DNA from: Haloechinothrix sp. | GTDB taxonomy: Bacteria; Actinomycetota; Actinomycetes; Mycobacteriales; Pseudonocardiaceae | NCBI GenBank assembly: GCA_050701115.1 | Contig: JBOHER010000435.1 | Coordinates: forward strand, 1 to 60,873 | Direction: 5' to 3' | DNA length: 60,873 bases | In this document: piece after piece, positions 10,502 to 20,347 of the stretch | Layout of the letters: each line of letters starts with the position of its first letter | Numbering within the stretch: position 1 is the stretch's first letter | The notes under the pieces: model-generated | The model's database searches: none | Seen by the model: the letters and a program-made list of their open reading frames with translations, nothing else | Told to the model about the DNA's origin: nothing | Program-made: the position numbers and the translations under genes

Positions 10502-12058
10502 GTGATTATGGTGCGAGCCGCCGTGCCGTCCATTCCCAGCCCGCTGCCCGATGTCGGGCTGATCACGTCCGTGCGGCGCGGAATCGCCACGGTGCTGCTC
10601 GTCGCAGCGGTCGACCGGGACGGTGATCCGTCGACGTCGAATGGCGTGCCGCCAACGGCGGTGACCGATGCCGTGCGACCGCTCGACGGCAGCGTATTGC
10701 CCGACGAGTGGCTTCCCGCCGCTCGACTGACCGGCCGCGCGGGTGAGGTGCACCAACTCCGTGCGGAACCTGGCGGTCCGCGCTGGCTGCTCGGTGTCGG
10801 TGCGGGCGAGCCGGCGCAGCAGTGGCGCTGCGCGGGTGCCGCCCTGATCCGCGCGATCGACGCGGACATCGAGGCACGGCACGAAGCGGGCGAACGGGTG
10901 CCGAAATCCGTGCAGATGCTGCTGCCCGACGACGTCGACCCCGAGTGCCTTGCCGGGCTGGTGCTCGGCCTGCGGTTGGGTGGATATCGATTCACCGTCA
11001 GCGAGAAGCCCCGTACGCCGACCACCCGCTCGGTGCTGTTGGTGACCCCCGCCGAGCGGGTTGACGAACTCCAGCCCGCCCTGCGGCGGGCAGGCGAGCT
11101 CGCAGCGGCGACGGCGCTGGCGCGGGACCTGGCGAACACTCCGTCCAACGTCAAGGACCCCGACTGGCTCGCGCGGACGGCCGAGCGGGTCACCGCGGGA
11201 GCGCAGGGGCTCACGGTCGAGGTCCGCGATGCCGACTGGCTCGCGGCGAACGGGTTCGGGGGTGTGCTCGCGGTCGGTGGTGGATCCGCCAGCCCGCCGC
11301 GGCTGATCGAGTTCAGCTACCGCAGGCGCGGGGCGAGCACGCACCTGCTGTTGGTGGGCAAGGGAATCACCTTCGACACAGGCGGCATCTCGATCAAGCC
11401 GGCGGAGGGCATGCACCTCATGCGCACCGACATGTCCGGCGGTGCGGCCGTGATCGCGGCGATGCGGGCGATCGCGGCGATGCGGCTCCCCGTCCGGGTG
11501 ACGGCGCTGGTGCCCGCGGCGGAGAACCACCTGTCCGGTTCGTCATACCGTCCGGGCGACGTGCTGCGCCACTTCGGCGGGCGGACCAGCGAGATCAGCA
11601 ACACCGATGCCGAAGGCCGGCTCGTGCTGGCCGACGCCCTGGCCTACGGGGTCAAGCGGTTCGCCCCCGATGTCGTCGTGGATGTCGCCACCCTGACCGG
11701 GGCGATGAAGATCGCGCTCGGGCTGCGAACCGGGGGACTGTTCGCCAGCACCGGAGAGCTCGCCGAACGGGTGCGCTCAGCGGGTGCGCGGGTGGGCGAG
11801 GCATGGTGGCCGATGCCCCTGCTTGATGCGCATGCCGATGCGGTGCGTAGCGAGATCGCCGACCTCAAGCAGACACCGAAGGGCCCTGGTGGGATCACCG
11901 CGGCGCTGTTCCTCCGTGAGTTCACCGGCGGGTTGCCGTGGGCCCACCTTGACATCGCGGGACCGGCCCGCGCCGACAAGACCTACGACGAGGTGACCCC
12001 GGGTGGCACCGGCTTCGCCGCACGCACCTTGATCGAGTTCGTCGCCTCCTACGCCTGA
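10502..12058 (+). CDS. Leucyl aminopeptidase family protein (M17)
   Basis: VGKGITFDTGGISIKP and NTDAEGRLVLADAL M17 catalytic motifs. Exact start (GTG 10502 or ATG 10508) is uncertain. Confidence 0.85.
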   Translation: MIMVRAAVPSIPSPLPDVGLITSVRRGIATVLLVAAVDRDGDPSTSNGVPPTAVTDAVRPLDGSVLPDEWLPAARLTGRAGEVHQLRAEPGGPRWLLGVGAGEPAQQWRCAGAALIRAIDADIEARHEAGERVPKSVQMLLPDDVDPECLAGLVLGLRLGGYRFTVSEKPRTPTTRSVLLVTPAERVDELQPALRRAGELAAATALARDLANTPSNVKDPDWLARTAERVTAGAQGLTVEVRDADWLAANGFGGVLAVGGGSASPPRLIEFSYRRRGASTHLLLVGKGITFDTGGISIKPAEGMHLMRTDMSGGAAVIAAMRAIAAMRLPVRVTALVPAAENHLSGSSYRPGDVLRHFGGRTSEISNTDAEGRLVLADALAYGVKRFAPDVVVDVATLTGAMKIALGLRTGGLFASTGELAERVRSAGARVGEAWWPMPLLDAHADAVRSEIADLKQTPKGPGGITAALFLREFTGGLPWAHLDIAGPARADKTYDEVTPGGTGFAARTLIEFVASYA

Positions 12059-12154
12059 CCCACCAGGAGGGGAACTCGCCTGCGACTTTCCGGTGGTGTC
12101 TGATCGACCACAGTGCGGCCGCAAACTCGTTAGCAAGGCTTAGCATCGGTTGTC

Positions 12155-13414
12155 GTGGTCACCAGTCTCCGATCGCCTGCCGCGCCCGCGGCAGGCACGG
12201 AGCTGTCCGGCACCAGCCGGTCGGGGGCCCGGTCGCTCACCATCGCGGTCGCCGCGGCGGGAATCGCCTCGTTCGCGCTCCTCTACGCCCCGCAGCCGGT
12301 GCTGCCGCAAATCGCGGAAACTTATGGGCTCGACCCTGGATCCGCCTCGCTCGCGGTGAGCGTGGCAACCGCAGGGCTTGCCATCGCGGTGCTGCCCATC
12401 GCGGTGCTGTCCGAGGTCATCGGCAGGCGTCCGATCATCGTGATCTCGCTGGTCGTGTCGGTGCTGCTCGGCCTGGTGATTCCGTTCGCACCCAACTATC
12501 CGATCCTGCTTGTCCTGCGGGGACTGCAGGGCGCGGCGATCGCCGGGTTCCCAGGGGTGGCCGCGGCCTTCCTGGTGGAGAAACTCGGTGCCAGGGGAGT
12601 CGCGGGCGCAGTCGGCGCGATGGTCGCGGGCAACACAATCGGTGGCATGCTCGGCAGGCTCGCCGCCGGTTTCAGCGCGGACTGGCTCGGCTGGCAGGGC
12701 GCGCTGGCCGGTTCGGCGCTGCTCTCGCTGGCCTGCGCATCGGTCGCGCTGATCGCGCTGGCCAGACAGCGCCGCGCCGACCGCAGGTTGGTGGCCGAAC
12801 CTGGAGGCAGGCAGGGGCTGCTGCCTGGCCTCGCTGCCGCGATGCGCCAACCTGTCCTGCTCGCGCAGTACGCGATCGCGCTGCTCGGCATGGGTGCCTT
12901 CGTCGCGTTGTACAACGCAGCGGCCTTCCGGCTCACCGGCGAACCCTTACACCTCGCGCCTGCCGTTGCCTCGCTGGTGTTCCTCGCCTACGCGATGGGC
13001 GCGGTGTCGTCCTCGCTCGCGGGGTGGCTGGTCGGTCGCTTCGGGCGGGTGCCCGCGCTGATCGGCGCGCTGATCGTCACCACGTTGGGCGCAGCGCTGA
13101 CCTTGTCGAACTGGTTACCGCTGGTGCTAGCCGGGTTTGTCGTGCTCACCGGGGGATTCTTCGCCGCGCACGCCGTCTCCAGCGGCTGGACGGCCAGTGC
13201 GGCCCAGCCCGGCGCGCGCGGCCAGGCATCAGGTCTGTACACGCTGGCCTATTACCTCGGCAGCAGCGTCGGCGGTACCGGTGGCAGCGTGGTGTTCGCG
13301 CACGCCGGCTGGGGTGCCTTGATCGGCATGGTCGCGGTGTGGCTCGGCCTGGCCATGGTCGCCGTGCTCGCTGTGCGCCACCACGGCGTGCACCGGGCAC
13401 ACCACGCGGGCTAG
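12155..13414 (+). CDS. MFS transporter
   Basis: About 12 predicted TM helices and an MFS loop motif (SEVIGRRPII), Gly/Ala-rich. Confidence 0.8.
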   Translation: MVTSLRSPAAPAAGTELSGTSRSGARSLTIAVAAAGIASFALLYAPQPVLPQIAETYGLDPGSASLAVSVATAGLAIAVLPIAVLSEVIGRRPIIVISLVVSVLLGLVIPFAPNYPILLVLRGLQGAAIAGFPGVAAAFLVEKLGARGVAGAVGAMVAGNTIGGMLGRLAAGFSADWLGWQGALAGSALLSLACASVALIALARQRRADRRLVAEPGGRQGLLPGLAAAMRQPVLLAQYAIALLGMGAFVALYNAAAFRLTGEPLHLAPAVASLVFLAYAMGAVSSSLAGWLVGRFGRVPALIGALIVTTLGAALTLSNWLPLVLAGFVVLTGGFFAAHAVSSGWTASAAQPGARGQASGLYTLAYYLGSSVGGTGGSVVFAHAGWGALIGMVAVWLGLAMVAVLAVRHHGVHRAHHAG

Positions 13415-14061
13415 CCGATTCTGGACGCCACCAGCAGACCGCTGCCGACCGGCAGCATCGCGGGCATCAACCGCTCATCATTGGCCACCGCGCGTGCGAC
13501 CTCCCGCAACGCCAGCGTCTCCGGATCACGACGGGCCGGATCGGCGAGTTTGCCCTGCGCGAGGACGCCGGAGAACGCGATGACCCCGCCGGGGCGGAGC
13601 AGCGCGACTCCGCGCTCGTAGTAGTGCGGGTATTCCACCTTCGCGGCGTCGACGAAGACCAGGTCGTAGCCGCCATCGGTGAGGCGGGGCAGCACGTCGA
13701 CCGCCCGGCCCATGATCAACCGTGCGCATCCGGTCGGGAAGCCCGCCTCGGTGAAGGCCGTGCGGGCGGCCCGGTGGAATTCCGGCTCGATGTCGATCGA
13801 GGTCAGCACCCCATCGGAGTCCATGCCACGCAGCAGGTACAGGCTGCTCACCCCGGCACCGGTGCCGATTTCCACCACAGCTCGCGCACACAGGGTCGCG
13901 GCAAGGAATCGCAGCGCCGCACCCGCCGTTGGCTCGATGGCCGGGCAGCCGAGCTCGGCCGCGCGGGTGCGGGCAGCCGCGAGCACCTCGTCGTCCGGCA
14001 GGTAACCGTCGAGGTAGCCGGCGAGGCCGCTTGATCCGGAGGCATGCGTCTCGGAGGTCAC
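13411..14061 (-). CDS. Class I SAM-dependent O-methyltransferase (caffeoyl-CoA OMT-like)
   Basis: VVEIGTGAGVSSLYLL SAM motif and DLVFVDAAK. Sits upstream of sigE as in mycobacteria. Confidence 0.8.
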   Translation of the reverse strand: MTSETHASGSSGLAGYLDGYLPDDEVLAAARTRAAELGCPAIEPTAGAALRFLAATLCARAVVEIGTGAGVSSLYLLRGMDSDGVLTSIDIEPEFHRAARTAFTEAGFPTGCARLIMGRAVDVLPRLTDGGYDLVFVDAAKVEYPHYYERGVALLRPGGVIAFSGVLAQGKLADPARRDPETLALREVARAVANDERLMPAMLPVGSGLLVASRIG

Positions 14062-14245
14062 GAGGGCAGGTTAGCGCCGTCGACCAGGAATTCGGCGCAG
14101 GCAGGCTGGCGGAACGGCGCGATGTGATGACGCGCGCAGCACGAACACTCTCAGGTTCGTCTCAGGCCGGTCTCACCTGAACCCTAAGGAGGTCGGAAAT
14201 ACTGATCGGCAGCGACGGGAACATCGCCGATCGAGCCTGCGTTGA

Positions 14246-14905
14246 GTGGAGGAGAACAGCCCGATGGAGGTGTGTGCACAACCTATGCAGAACAGCCCGA
14301 TGCCCACGAAGACCGCGACCGACGTCGCGCCCGTTCCGGTGAGCGTGTCCGATGGTGCGGGGGATGGCGCATGGACGCCGCCCTCATGGGATGAGATCGT
14401 CCGCACGCACGCGGGCCGGGTGTACCGGCTCGCCTATCGCCTCACCGGCAACTCGCACGACGCGGAAGACCTCACCCAGGAGACGTTCATCCGGGTGTTC
14501 CGCTCGCTCGCCTCGTACAAACCGGGCACCTTCGAGGGCTGGCTGCACCGCATCACCACGAATCTCTTCCTCGACATGGTGCGCAAGCGCTCCCGGCTGC
14601 GCATGGAGGGTTTGCCCGAGGACACCGACCGCATCATCGGCGACGGCCCGAGCCCGGAACAGGTCTACGTGGACACCCACCTCGACCCCGATCTGCAGGC
14701 CGCGCTCGATGAGCTGGCGCCCGAGTTCCGCGTCGCCGTCGTGCTCTGTGACGTTGAAGGCCTCTCCTACGAGGAGATCGGTGCCACTCTTGGGGTGAAG
14801 CTCGGTACAGTGCGCAGCAGGATCCACCGTGGCAGGCAAGCGCTGCGTGCCTCGATGGAACGGCGTAGCGAAGCAAAGCAGAAGACCGCGAGGATGTCGG
14901 CATGA
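14246..14905 (+). CDS. sigE: ECF RNA polymerase sigma factor SigE
   Basis: Region 2 ([17 protein letters not shown]) and region 4 ([25 protein letters not shown]). Followed by rseA-htrA-tatB. In-frame alternative ATGs at 14264 and 14300. Confidence 0.9.
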   Translation: MEENSPMEVCAQPMQNSPMPTKTATDVAPVPVSVSDGAGDGAWTPPSWDEIVRTHAGRVYRLAYRLTGNSHDAEDLTQETFIRVFRSLASYKPGTFEGWLHRITTNLFLDMVRKRSRLRMEGLPEDTDRIIGDGPSPEQVYVDTHLDPDLQAALDELAPEFRVAVVLCDVEGLSYEEIGATLGVKLGTVRSRIHRGRQALRASMERRSEAKQKTARMSA

Positions 14906-15606
14906 CCGGAGTGCACGACGCCGCTGGAGCGGGCAAGCAGCGGGGCAGCCGTCCGGGGCCTACCGTGCGGTTGGGTGCGGGCTGGCAGCTCCCCGAGTCC
15001 CACCTGTTGCCGGACGCGGTCGTAGCCTTCGTTGACGGTGAGCTGTCGCCGAGCGCCCAGGATCGGGCAGCGGCTCATGTGGCGCATTGCCCCAGTTGCG
15101 CCGCCGATGTCGCGGCCCAGCGGCAGGTCCGGGTGGCCGTGCACGAGTCGATGGCGCCGTCGGTGCCTGCCGGTCTGCTGGCCAGCCTCCGCTCGATCCC
15201 GCAGAACACCGAGTTGCCGACGGGACCGGACAACCTCGCGGTGACCGAGGACGGGCAGCTGGTGGCCATTCAGCGTCCCGATCGGGTCCCGCTCGGGACG
15301 CCGCTTGGATCGTCCGCACTCGGGTCATCAGCCCCGCTGGGCACCTCGGGCGTGCTCGGCGCGAACCAGCGCAGGCACGGGCGCCGGACGGCCCAGGGTG
15401 CGGGCGTGGTGGTGTCCGGGCTGGTGCTGAGTGCGCTCGCGCTGGTGGTCGCTGCCGAAGACGGCAACGATGCACCGCAACCGGCTGCCAAGAACCCCTC
15501 CTCGGTCAACAACGACGTGCTTCCCGCGCGGTTCGCCGGCGTGCCTGCGCCGCCCACCCCGAGTCCTACCGCCGCGGCTGAGCTGCCGCGGATCGCGCAA
15601 CGCTGA
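14902..15606 (+). CDS. rseA: Anti-sigma-E factor (zf-HC2 type)
   Basis: ATGA overlap with sig[13 protein letters not shown] is an H-x3-C-x2-C zinc motif. Gene order supports the call. Confidence 0.8.
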   Translation: MTGVHDAAGAGKQRGSRPGPTVRLGAGWQLPESHLLPDAVVAFVDGELSPSAQDRAAAHVAHCPSCAADVAAQRQVRVAVHESMAPSVPAGLLASLRSIPQNTELPTGPDNLAVTEDGQLVAIQRPDRVPLGTPLGSSALGSSAPLGTSGVLGANQRRHGRRTAQGAGVVVSGLVLSALALVVAAEDGNDAPQPAAKNPSSVNNDVLPARFAGVPAPPTPSPTAAAELPRIAQR

Positions 15607-15709
15607 CTTCACCCCGGCGACGGCAGACTGGGGTCGATATCCTGCGTGGTCAGCGGGCAGCGGCCGCGCAGCGCAAGAGTGAAGACCAGCGCCGCATAGT
15701 CGGGGAGCG

Positions 15710-17263
15710 ATGAGCAATCAGGAGCCTCAGTCGCGTTCTGCGTCCCAGCAAGGTGCAGACGCGCAGCGGTCCGGTGCGCCACGACTCGATCCGCGCCCGC
15801 TCGAGCGGCATTCCGTCGATCCCGCTTCTGCCGCGGCATTCGGCCGTCCGCACGGTGTCGACGGCGCCTTCGACACGCTGTATTCCGCGCGCAGCACGAG
15901 CAGCGGAAACGGGTCGGCGACCAACTCCTTGCCTCCGCCCGCCTCGCTCACCGAGGCATTCGGGCGCCCGTACGAGCAGCAGGACGTCGTGCTGCAACGC
16001 CCGCCCGACTCCCCCGAAGCCGCGGGTGCCGCGTCGGACGATCCACTCTGGGCCAGCATGTCTGATCCATGGCGTGATCCCGGTTCGGGTGCCGTGCTCG
16101 GCGGGCCAGCGGTGCCGGTCGAGCGGGAATCCAGCGAGGAAGCCCACCGGCAGCGGGCGGCCATGCTCAGCGTGTCGGAGGTGCTGACCGGCAAGCGGGT
16201 GCAGCCCACCGCCCTTGGGCTGCTCGCGGTCATCGCGCTGCTGATCGGCTCGCTCGGCGGCGTTGTCGGCTGGTTCATCGCGCAGTCGGGCAATCAGCTC
16301 ACCGGTGAGGTGACCATCTCCGAGGCTCAGGCGGGCAAGGAACGGCCGCCAGGCTCGGTGGCCGACATCGCGCAGCGGGTCGCGCCTGCCGTGGTGTCCA
16401 TCGAGGTCAGGTCGGGGCAGCGCGGGGGGGTCGGGTCCGGCGTCGTGATTGATCCGGACGGGTACATCATCACCAACCACCACGTCATCTCGACGGCGGC
16501 GAAGGACGACAAAGCCAAGCTCATGGTGGTGTTCACCGATGGGACCCGCGCCGAGGGCACGGTGGTTGGCAGCGACCCGAAGACCGACCTCGCTGTGATC
16601 AAGGTGAACGTCACCAATCCGACCGTCATCCAGGTCGGCAAGTCGTCCGAACTCGTCGCCGGTGACAAAGTGATCGCCGTCGGCTCGCCGTTCGGCCTGG
16701 AGAACACCGTCACCGAAGGCATCGTCAGCGCGCTGAACCGTCCGATCACCGCGCCAGGCGAGAACGGGGATCCGCCGGTGACCTACGATGCGATCCAGAC
16801 CGACGCCGCGATCAACCCGGGTAACTCCGGCGGAGCGCTTGTCGATTCGACCGGGGCCCTGATCGGGATCAACTCGCTGATCCGAACTGTCGGCAACGCC
16901 CAGGGACAGGGCGGCAGTATCGGTCTCGGCTTCGCCATCCCGATCGATCAGGCCATCAGGATCAGTGAGTCGCTGATCAGGGACGGCAAGGTCGCACATG
17001 CGGAACTCGGGATCAGCGTCGCGTCGGTGTCGGCGAACACTTCGGAAGGCGCGCAGGTGCAGGACGTCCGCAGGGGTGGCCCCGCGGCGGGCGCCGGGAT
17101 CGCGGAGGGCGACGTGATCATCAGGGTCGCTGACCGGATCGTGCGCAATGCCGCGGAGCTCACCGTGGCGGTGCGGCAGCACGAAGTGGGGGCCGTGGTC
17201 CCGATCAAACTTGTCCGGGATGGCCGCGAGTTCATCGTCGACGTCACGCTCGGATCCGATTGA
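15710..17263 (+). CDS. htrA: HtrA/DegP-family serine protease with PDZ domain
   Basis: Disordered N-terminus, TM helix, trypsin-like domain (TNHHV, DLAVIKV, GNSGGALVD) and a C-terminal PDZ domain. Confidence 0.9.
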   Translation: MSNQEPQSRSASQQGADAQRSGAPRLDPRPLERHSVDPASAAAFGRPHGVDGAFDTLYSARSTSSGNGSATNSLPPPASLTEAFGRPYEQQDVVLQRPPDSPEAAGAASDDPLWASMSDPWRDPGSGAVLGGPAVPVERESSEEAHRQRAAMLSVSEVLTGKRVQPTALGLLAVIALLIGSLGGVVGWFIAQSGNQLTGEVTISEAQAGKERPPGSVADIAQRVAPAVVSIEVRSGQRGGVGSGVVIDPDGYIITNHHVISTAAKDDKAKLMVVFTDGTRAEGTVVGSDPKTDLAVIKVNVTNPTVIQVGKSSELVAGDKVIAVGSPFGLENTVTEGIVSALNRPITAPGENGDPPVTYDAIQTDAAINPGNSGGALVDSTGALIGINSLIRTVGNAQGQGGSIGLGFAIPIDQAIRISESLIRDGKVAHAELGISVASVSANTSEGAQVQDVRRGGPAAGAGIAEGDVIIRVADRIVRNAAELTVAVRQHEVGAVVPIKLVRDGREFIVDVTLGSD

Positions 17264-17329
17264 CATCTGCTCGGTGGCGGGAGCCGCCGGGTAGGCTGTA
17301 GAGGTCGGAAGTGGCACGAAGGAGCGCGT

Positions 17330-17740
17330 GTGTTCGAGAGCGTTGGCTGGGGCGAGATCCTCGTGCTGATCGTGGCTGCTCTGTTCATCCTCGGCCCCGA
17401 GCGGCTGCCCGAAGCGATGTCCTGGCTCGGTCGGAGCGTGCGCAAGGCTCGAGACTTCGCGACCGGCGCCCGGGATCAACTGCGCAACGAGATCGGGCCG
17501 GAGTTCGACGAGTTCCGTAAGCCGCTCGAGGATCTACGCAGCCTGCGCAACTTCGATCCCAAGCGCGCCGTCACCAAGCACCTTTTCGACGGCGATCCCG
17601 ACCCGCTCGGACTCAAGGAGTTCGACGACAACGGCGCCAAGCCCAACGGCTACCCGGCCGTGCCGATGCCCCAGCCCAAGCAGGTCTCCGAGTCGCTCTC
17701 GGCGGGGGAGAAGCCCCCGGTCGACCCCGACGCCACCTGA
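17330..17740 (+). CDS. tatB: Sec-independent protein translocase TatB
   Basis: [27 protein letters not shown] is the TatA/B N-terminus, followed by an amphipathic helix and a long tail. Position after htrA. Confidence 0.85.
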   Translation: MFESVGWGEILVLIVAALFILGPERLPEAMSWLGRSVRKARDFATGARDQLRNEIGPEFDEFRKPLEDLRSLRNFDPKRAVTKHLFDGDPDPLGLKEFDDNGAKPNGYPAVPMPQPKQVSESLSAGEKPPVDPDAT

Positions 17741-17757
17741 AGCACGGACACGCGTGG

Positions 17758-18978
17758 TTAGCGCTTGGGCGAGACGTTGAGCATCATGCCTGCCAGGCCG
17801 CGGGCGCGGACCGCCAGCTTGCCGGCTGCCTCCCGCATGACCTGCGAGGCCGGTGCATCGGGGTCGGTGAGCACGATCGGGGTGCCCGCGTCGCCCTGCT
17901 CGCGCACCCGTGGGTCAAGCGGCACCTGGCCGAGCAGCGGCACCGTCGAGCCAACCGACTTGGACAGCGAGTCGGCCACGGTCTGACCACCACCGGAGCC
18001 GAAGATCTCCATCCGCGAGCCGTCCGGGGTCTCCAACCACGACATGTTCTCGATGACGCCCGCCACCCGCTGACGGGTCTGCAGCGCGATGGCACCCGCC
18101 CGCTCCGCCACCTCGGCGGCTGCCTGCTGCGGAGTGGTGACCACCAGGATCTCCGCATTAGGAATCAGCTGCGCTACCGAGATGGCGATGTCACCGGTAC
18201 CCGGCGGCAGGTCGAGCAGCAGGACGTCCAGGTCACCCCAGAACACGTCGGCGAGGAACTGCTGCAGCGCGCGGTGCAGCATCGGGCCGCGCCACACCAC
18301 GGGGGTGTTGCCCGGGGTGAACATGCCGATGGAGATGACTTTCACGCCGTGCGCCTGTGGCGGCATGATCATCTGCTCGACCTTGGTCGGCTTGTCGCCC
18401 GCGCCGAGCATGCGGGGTACCGAGTGGCCGTAGATGTCGGCGTCCACCACACCCACGGACAGCCCACGCTGGGCCATCGCGACCGCGAGGTTCACCGTGA
18501 TGCTCGACTTGCCGACGCCCCCCTTGCCCGATGCGACGCAGTAGACCCTGGTCAGCGACCCTGGCTGGGCGAACGGGATCACCGGGTCCTTGGCATCGCC
18601 ACGCAACGACCTGCGCAGCTCCGTGCGCTGCTCGTCACTCATCACGTCCAGTTGGACGCGGACCTCGCGCACGCCGTCGAGCGCGCCGACCGCCGCCTTC
18701 GTGTCGTTGGTGATCTTGTCCTTGAGTGGACAGCCTGCCACCGTCAGGTACACCGACACCGTGACCAGGCCGTCCTGGGCGACCACGACGTCCTTGACCA
18801 TGCCGAGCTCGGTGATCGGCTTACCGATCTCCGGGTCCTTGACTCCTGCCAGGACGGAGCGGACATCGTCGACACTGGGTAGCTGCTGGGTGCTGGTCAA
18901 CGGCTTGGCACTCTCTGCTCGGCAAAAGGTCTCTCCCACCATGCTACGGGTGGGTTCCACCGGACCGCGGCGTAGCAT
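17758..18978 (-). CDS. mrp: Mrp/ApbC-family Fe-S cluster carrier ATPase
   Basis: N-terminal DUF59-like part (VKDPEIGKPITELGMV), a deviant Walker A (ASGKGGVGKSS) and CPLKD. True start may be downstream of 18978. Confidence 0.85.
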   Translation of the reverse strand: MLRRGPVEPTRSMVGETFCRAESAKPLTSTQQLPSVDDVRSVLAGVKDPEIGKPITELGMVKDVVVAQDGLVTVSVYLTVAGCPLKDKITNDTKAAVGALDGVREVRVQLDVMSDEQRTELRRSLRGDAKDPVIPFAQPGSLTRVYCVASGKGGVGKSSITVNLAVAMAQRGLSVGVVDADIYGHSVPRMLGAGDKPTKVEQMIMPPQAHGVKVISIGMFTPGNTPVVWRGPMLHRALQQFLADVFWGDLDVLLLDLPPGTGDIAISVAQLIPNAEILVVTTPQQAAAEVAERAGAIALQTRQRVAGVIENMSWLETPDGSRMEIFGSGGGQTVADSLSKSVGSTVPLLGQVPLDPRVREQGDAGTPIVLTDPDAPASQVMREAAGKLAVRARGLAGMMLNVSPKR

Positions 18979-18986
18979 CGAGATAG

Positions 18987-19832
18987 GTGGTCACGATGGA
19001 AGCAGTCCTGTACGCCGTCCTACTCGTCGTTGTGCTGCTGGCGGTCACGGCCAGCGCAGGCCTGCGTGTGGTCAAGCAGTACGAGCGAGGTCTGGTCTTC
19101 CGATTCGGCAGGGTGCACAGTGCACCCCGGCAGCCCGGGCTCGCGCTGATCGTCCCCTGGGTCGATCAGATGCGGAAAGTCAACATGCAGATCGTGACGC
19201 TGCCGGTGCCATCGCAGGACGGCATTACCAGGGACAACGTCACCGTGCGGGTGGACGCCGTCGTGTACTTCAACGTCATCGACCCGGTGCAGGCCATCGT
19301 CGGCGTTGAGGACTACCGCTTCGCCATGTTGCAGGTGGCCCAGACCAGCCTGCGCAACATCATCGGTAAGAGCGACCTCGACGACCTGCTGTCCAACCGG
19401 GAACGGCTCAACGAGGGGCTCGAGATCATGATCGACAGCCCCGCCCTGGGCTGGGGCATCCACATCGACCGGGTCGAGATCAAGGACGTCGCGCTCCCGG
19501 AGGCGATGAAACGCGCCATGTCGCGTCAGGCCGAGGCCGAGCGTGAGCGCCGTGGGCGAGTGATTTCCGCCGACGGTGAGCTGCAGGCATCGGAGAAGCT
19601 GGCGCAAGCGGCCGAGCGGATGGCCAACGCCCCCGCGGCCTTGCAGCTCCGGCTGTTGGAGACCGTGGTGGAGGTCGCCGCTGAGAAGAACTCGACGCTG
19701 GTGCTCCCGTTCCCGGTCGAACTCCTGCGCTTCCTCGAGGCGTCGACCGCGCGGCGGGAGCCGGACGACAGTGCGACCAGAACTCAGCTACCCGTCGATG
19801 GTGCCGATGGCGCCCGAATGTCATCAACGTAA
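18987..19832 (+). CDS. SPFH/band-7 (stomatin-like, slipin) family protein
   Basis: TM anchor, then VVKQYERGLVFRFGR...TRDNV...VYFNVIDP...LRNIIGK...IKDVALPEAMKRAMSRQAEAERERR. Confidence 0.85.
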   Translation: MVTMEAVLYAVLLVVVLLAVTASAGLRVVKQYERGLVFRFGRVHSAPRQPGLALIVPWVDQMRKVNMQIVTLPVPSQDGITRDNVTVRVDAVVYFNVIDPVQAIVGVEDYRFAMLQVAQTSLRNIIGKSDLDDLLSNRERLNEGLEIMIDSPALGWGIHIDRVEIKDVALPEAMKRAMSRQAEAERERRGRVISADGELQASEKLAQAAERMANAPAALQLRLLETVVEVAAEKNSTLVLPFPVELLRFLEASTARREPDDSATRTQLPVDGADGARMSST

Positions 19833-20065
19833 GTAACCCAAGTCATAAGGGATTACCGTTTCGGCGTCCTCCTCGACTATTGAGGATGCGCGCTGCTGAA
19901 TCGCAACGTGATGGTCGGCACAATAGAGTTTGTCTGCATTTTAGGGCGCGAAGTCCAGGCTGACCTGCGGTTATGATCCATATCGAACCACGAACCCAGT
20001 CGTTACACCTGGGTGAAGTAACGCACAGATAACGACGAAAACTTGCCTTCTACCCACCCCGGCGG

Positions 20066-20263
20066 GTGATGCTACTGGGCATGCGTAAACGTATTGCCAG
20101 CCTTCAGGACCGGGTTATGTCGAAGTGGTTGCACACTCAGGAGCAGCCCGACGCCCTCCTGGAGCGCAGCTTTCGTCAGTGTGACGACTGCGGTGAGAGC
20201 GTGTACGTCCTGGCATTCAACTGCCGCGGATGCGGCGCAGAGGTCGAACTGCTCGCCAGCTGA
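20066..20263 (+). CDS. Hypothetical small zinc-ribbon-like protein
   Basis: Two CxxC pairs (CDDC...CRGC) 15 residues apart in a 65-aa ORF, or 48 aa from ATG 20117. Lies in a GC-poor about 500-bp gap. No family recognised, weak RBS. Confidence 0.35.
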   Translation: MMLLGMRKRIASLQDRVMSKWLHTQEQPDALLERSFRQCDDCGESVYVLAFNCRGCGAEVELLAS

Positions 20264-20347
20264 GGCGGAAGGCGGCATGGTGGCAACGGGTCGTCGTGCG
20301 GGATACTGCTACCTAGCCCGCTCGAGACGTTGCGCTAGACCCGAGGA

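Noticed and set aside
14062-14245. SigE-type autoregulated promoter (GGAAC-N16-18-GTT) upstream of sigE
   Set aside because: Only partial matches exist (e.g. cgaacac...ggttcg) with wrong spacing or missing GG. This is not strong enough to annotate.
19975-20015. tRNA 3' fragment or att site (minus-strand gggttcgtggttcga resembles a T-arm)
   Set aside because: No T-loop consensus (GTTCGAATC-type) with a paired 5-bp stem, no acceptor/CCA context and no cloverleaf can be built. No integrase is nearby.
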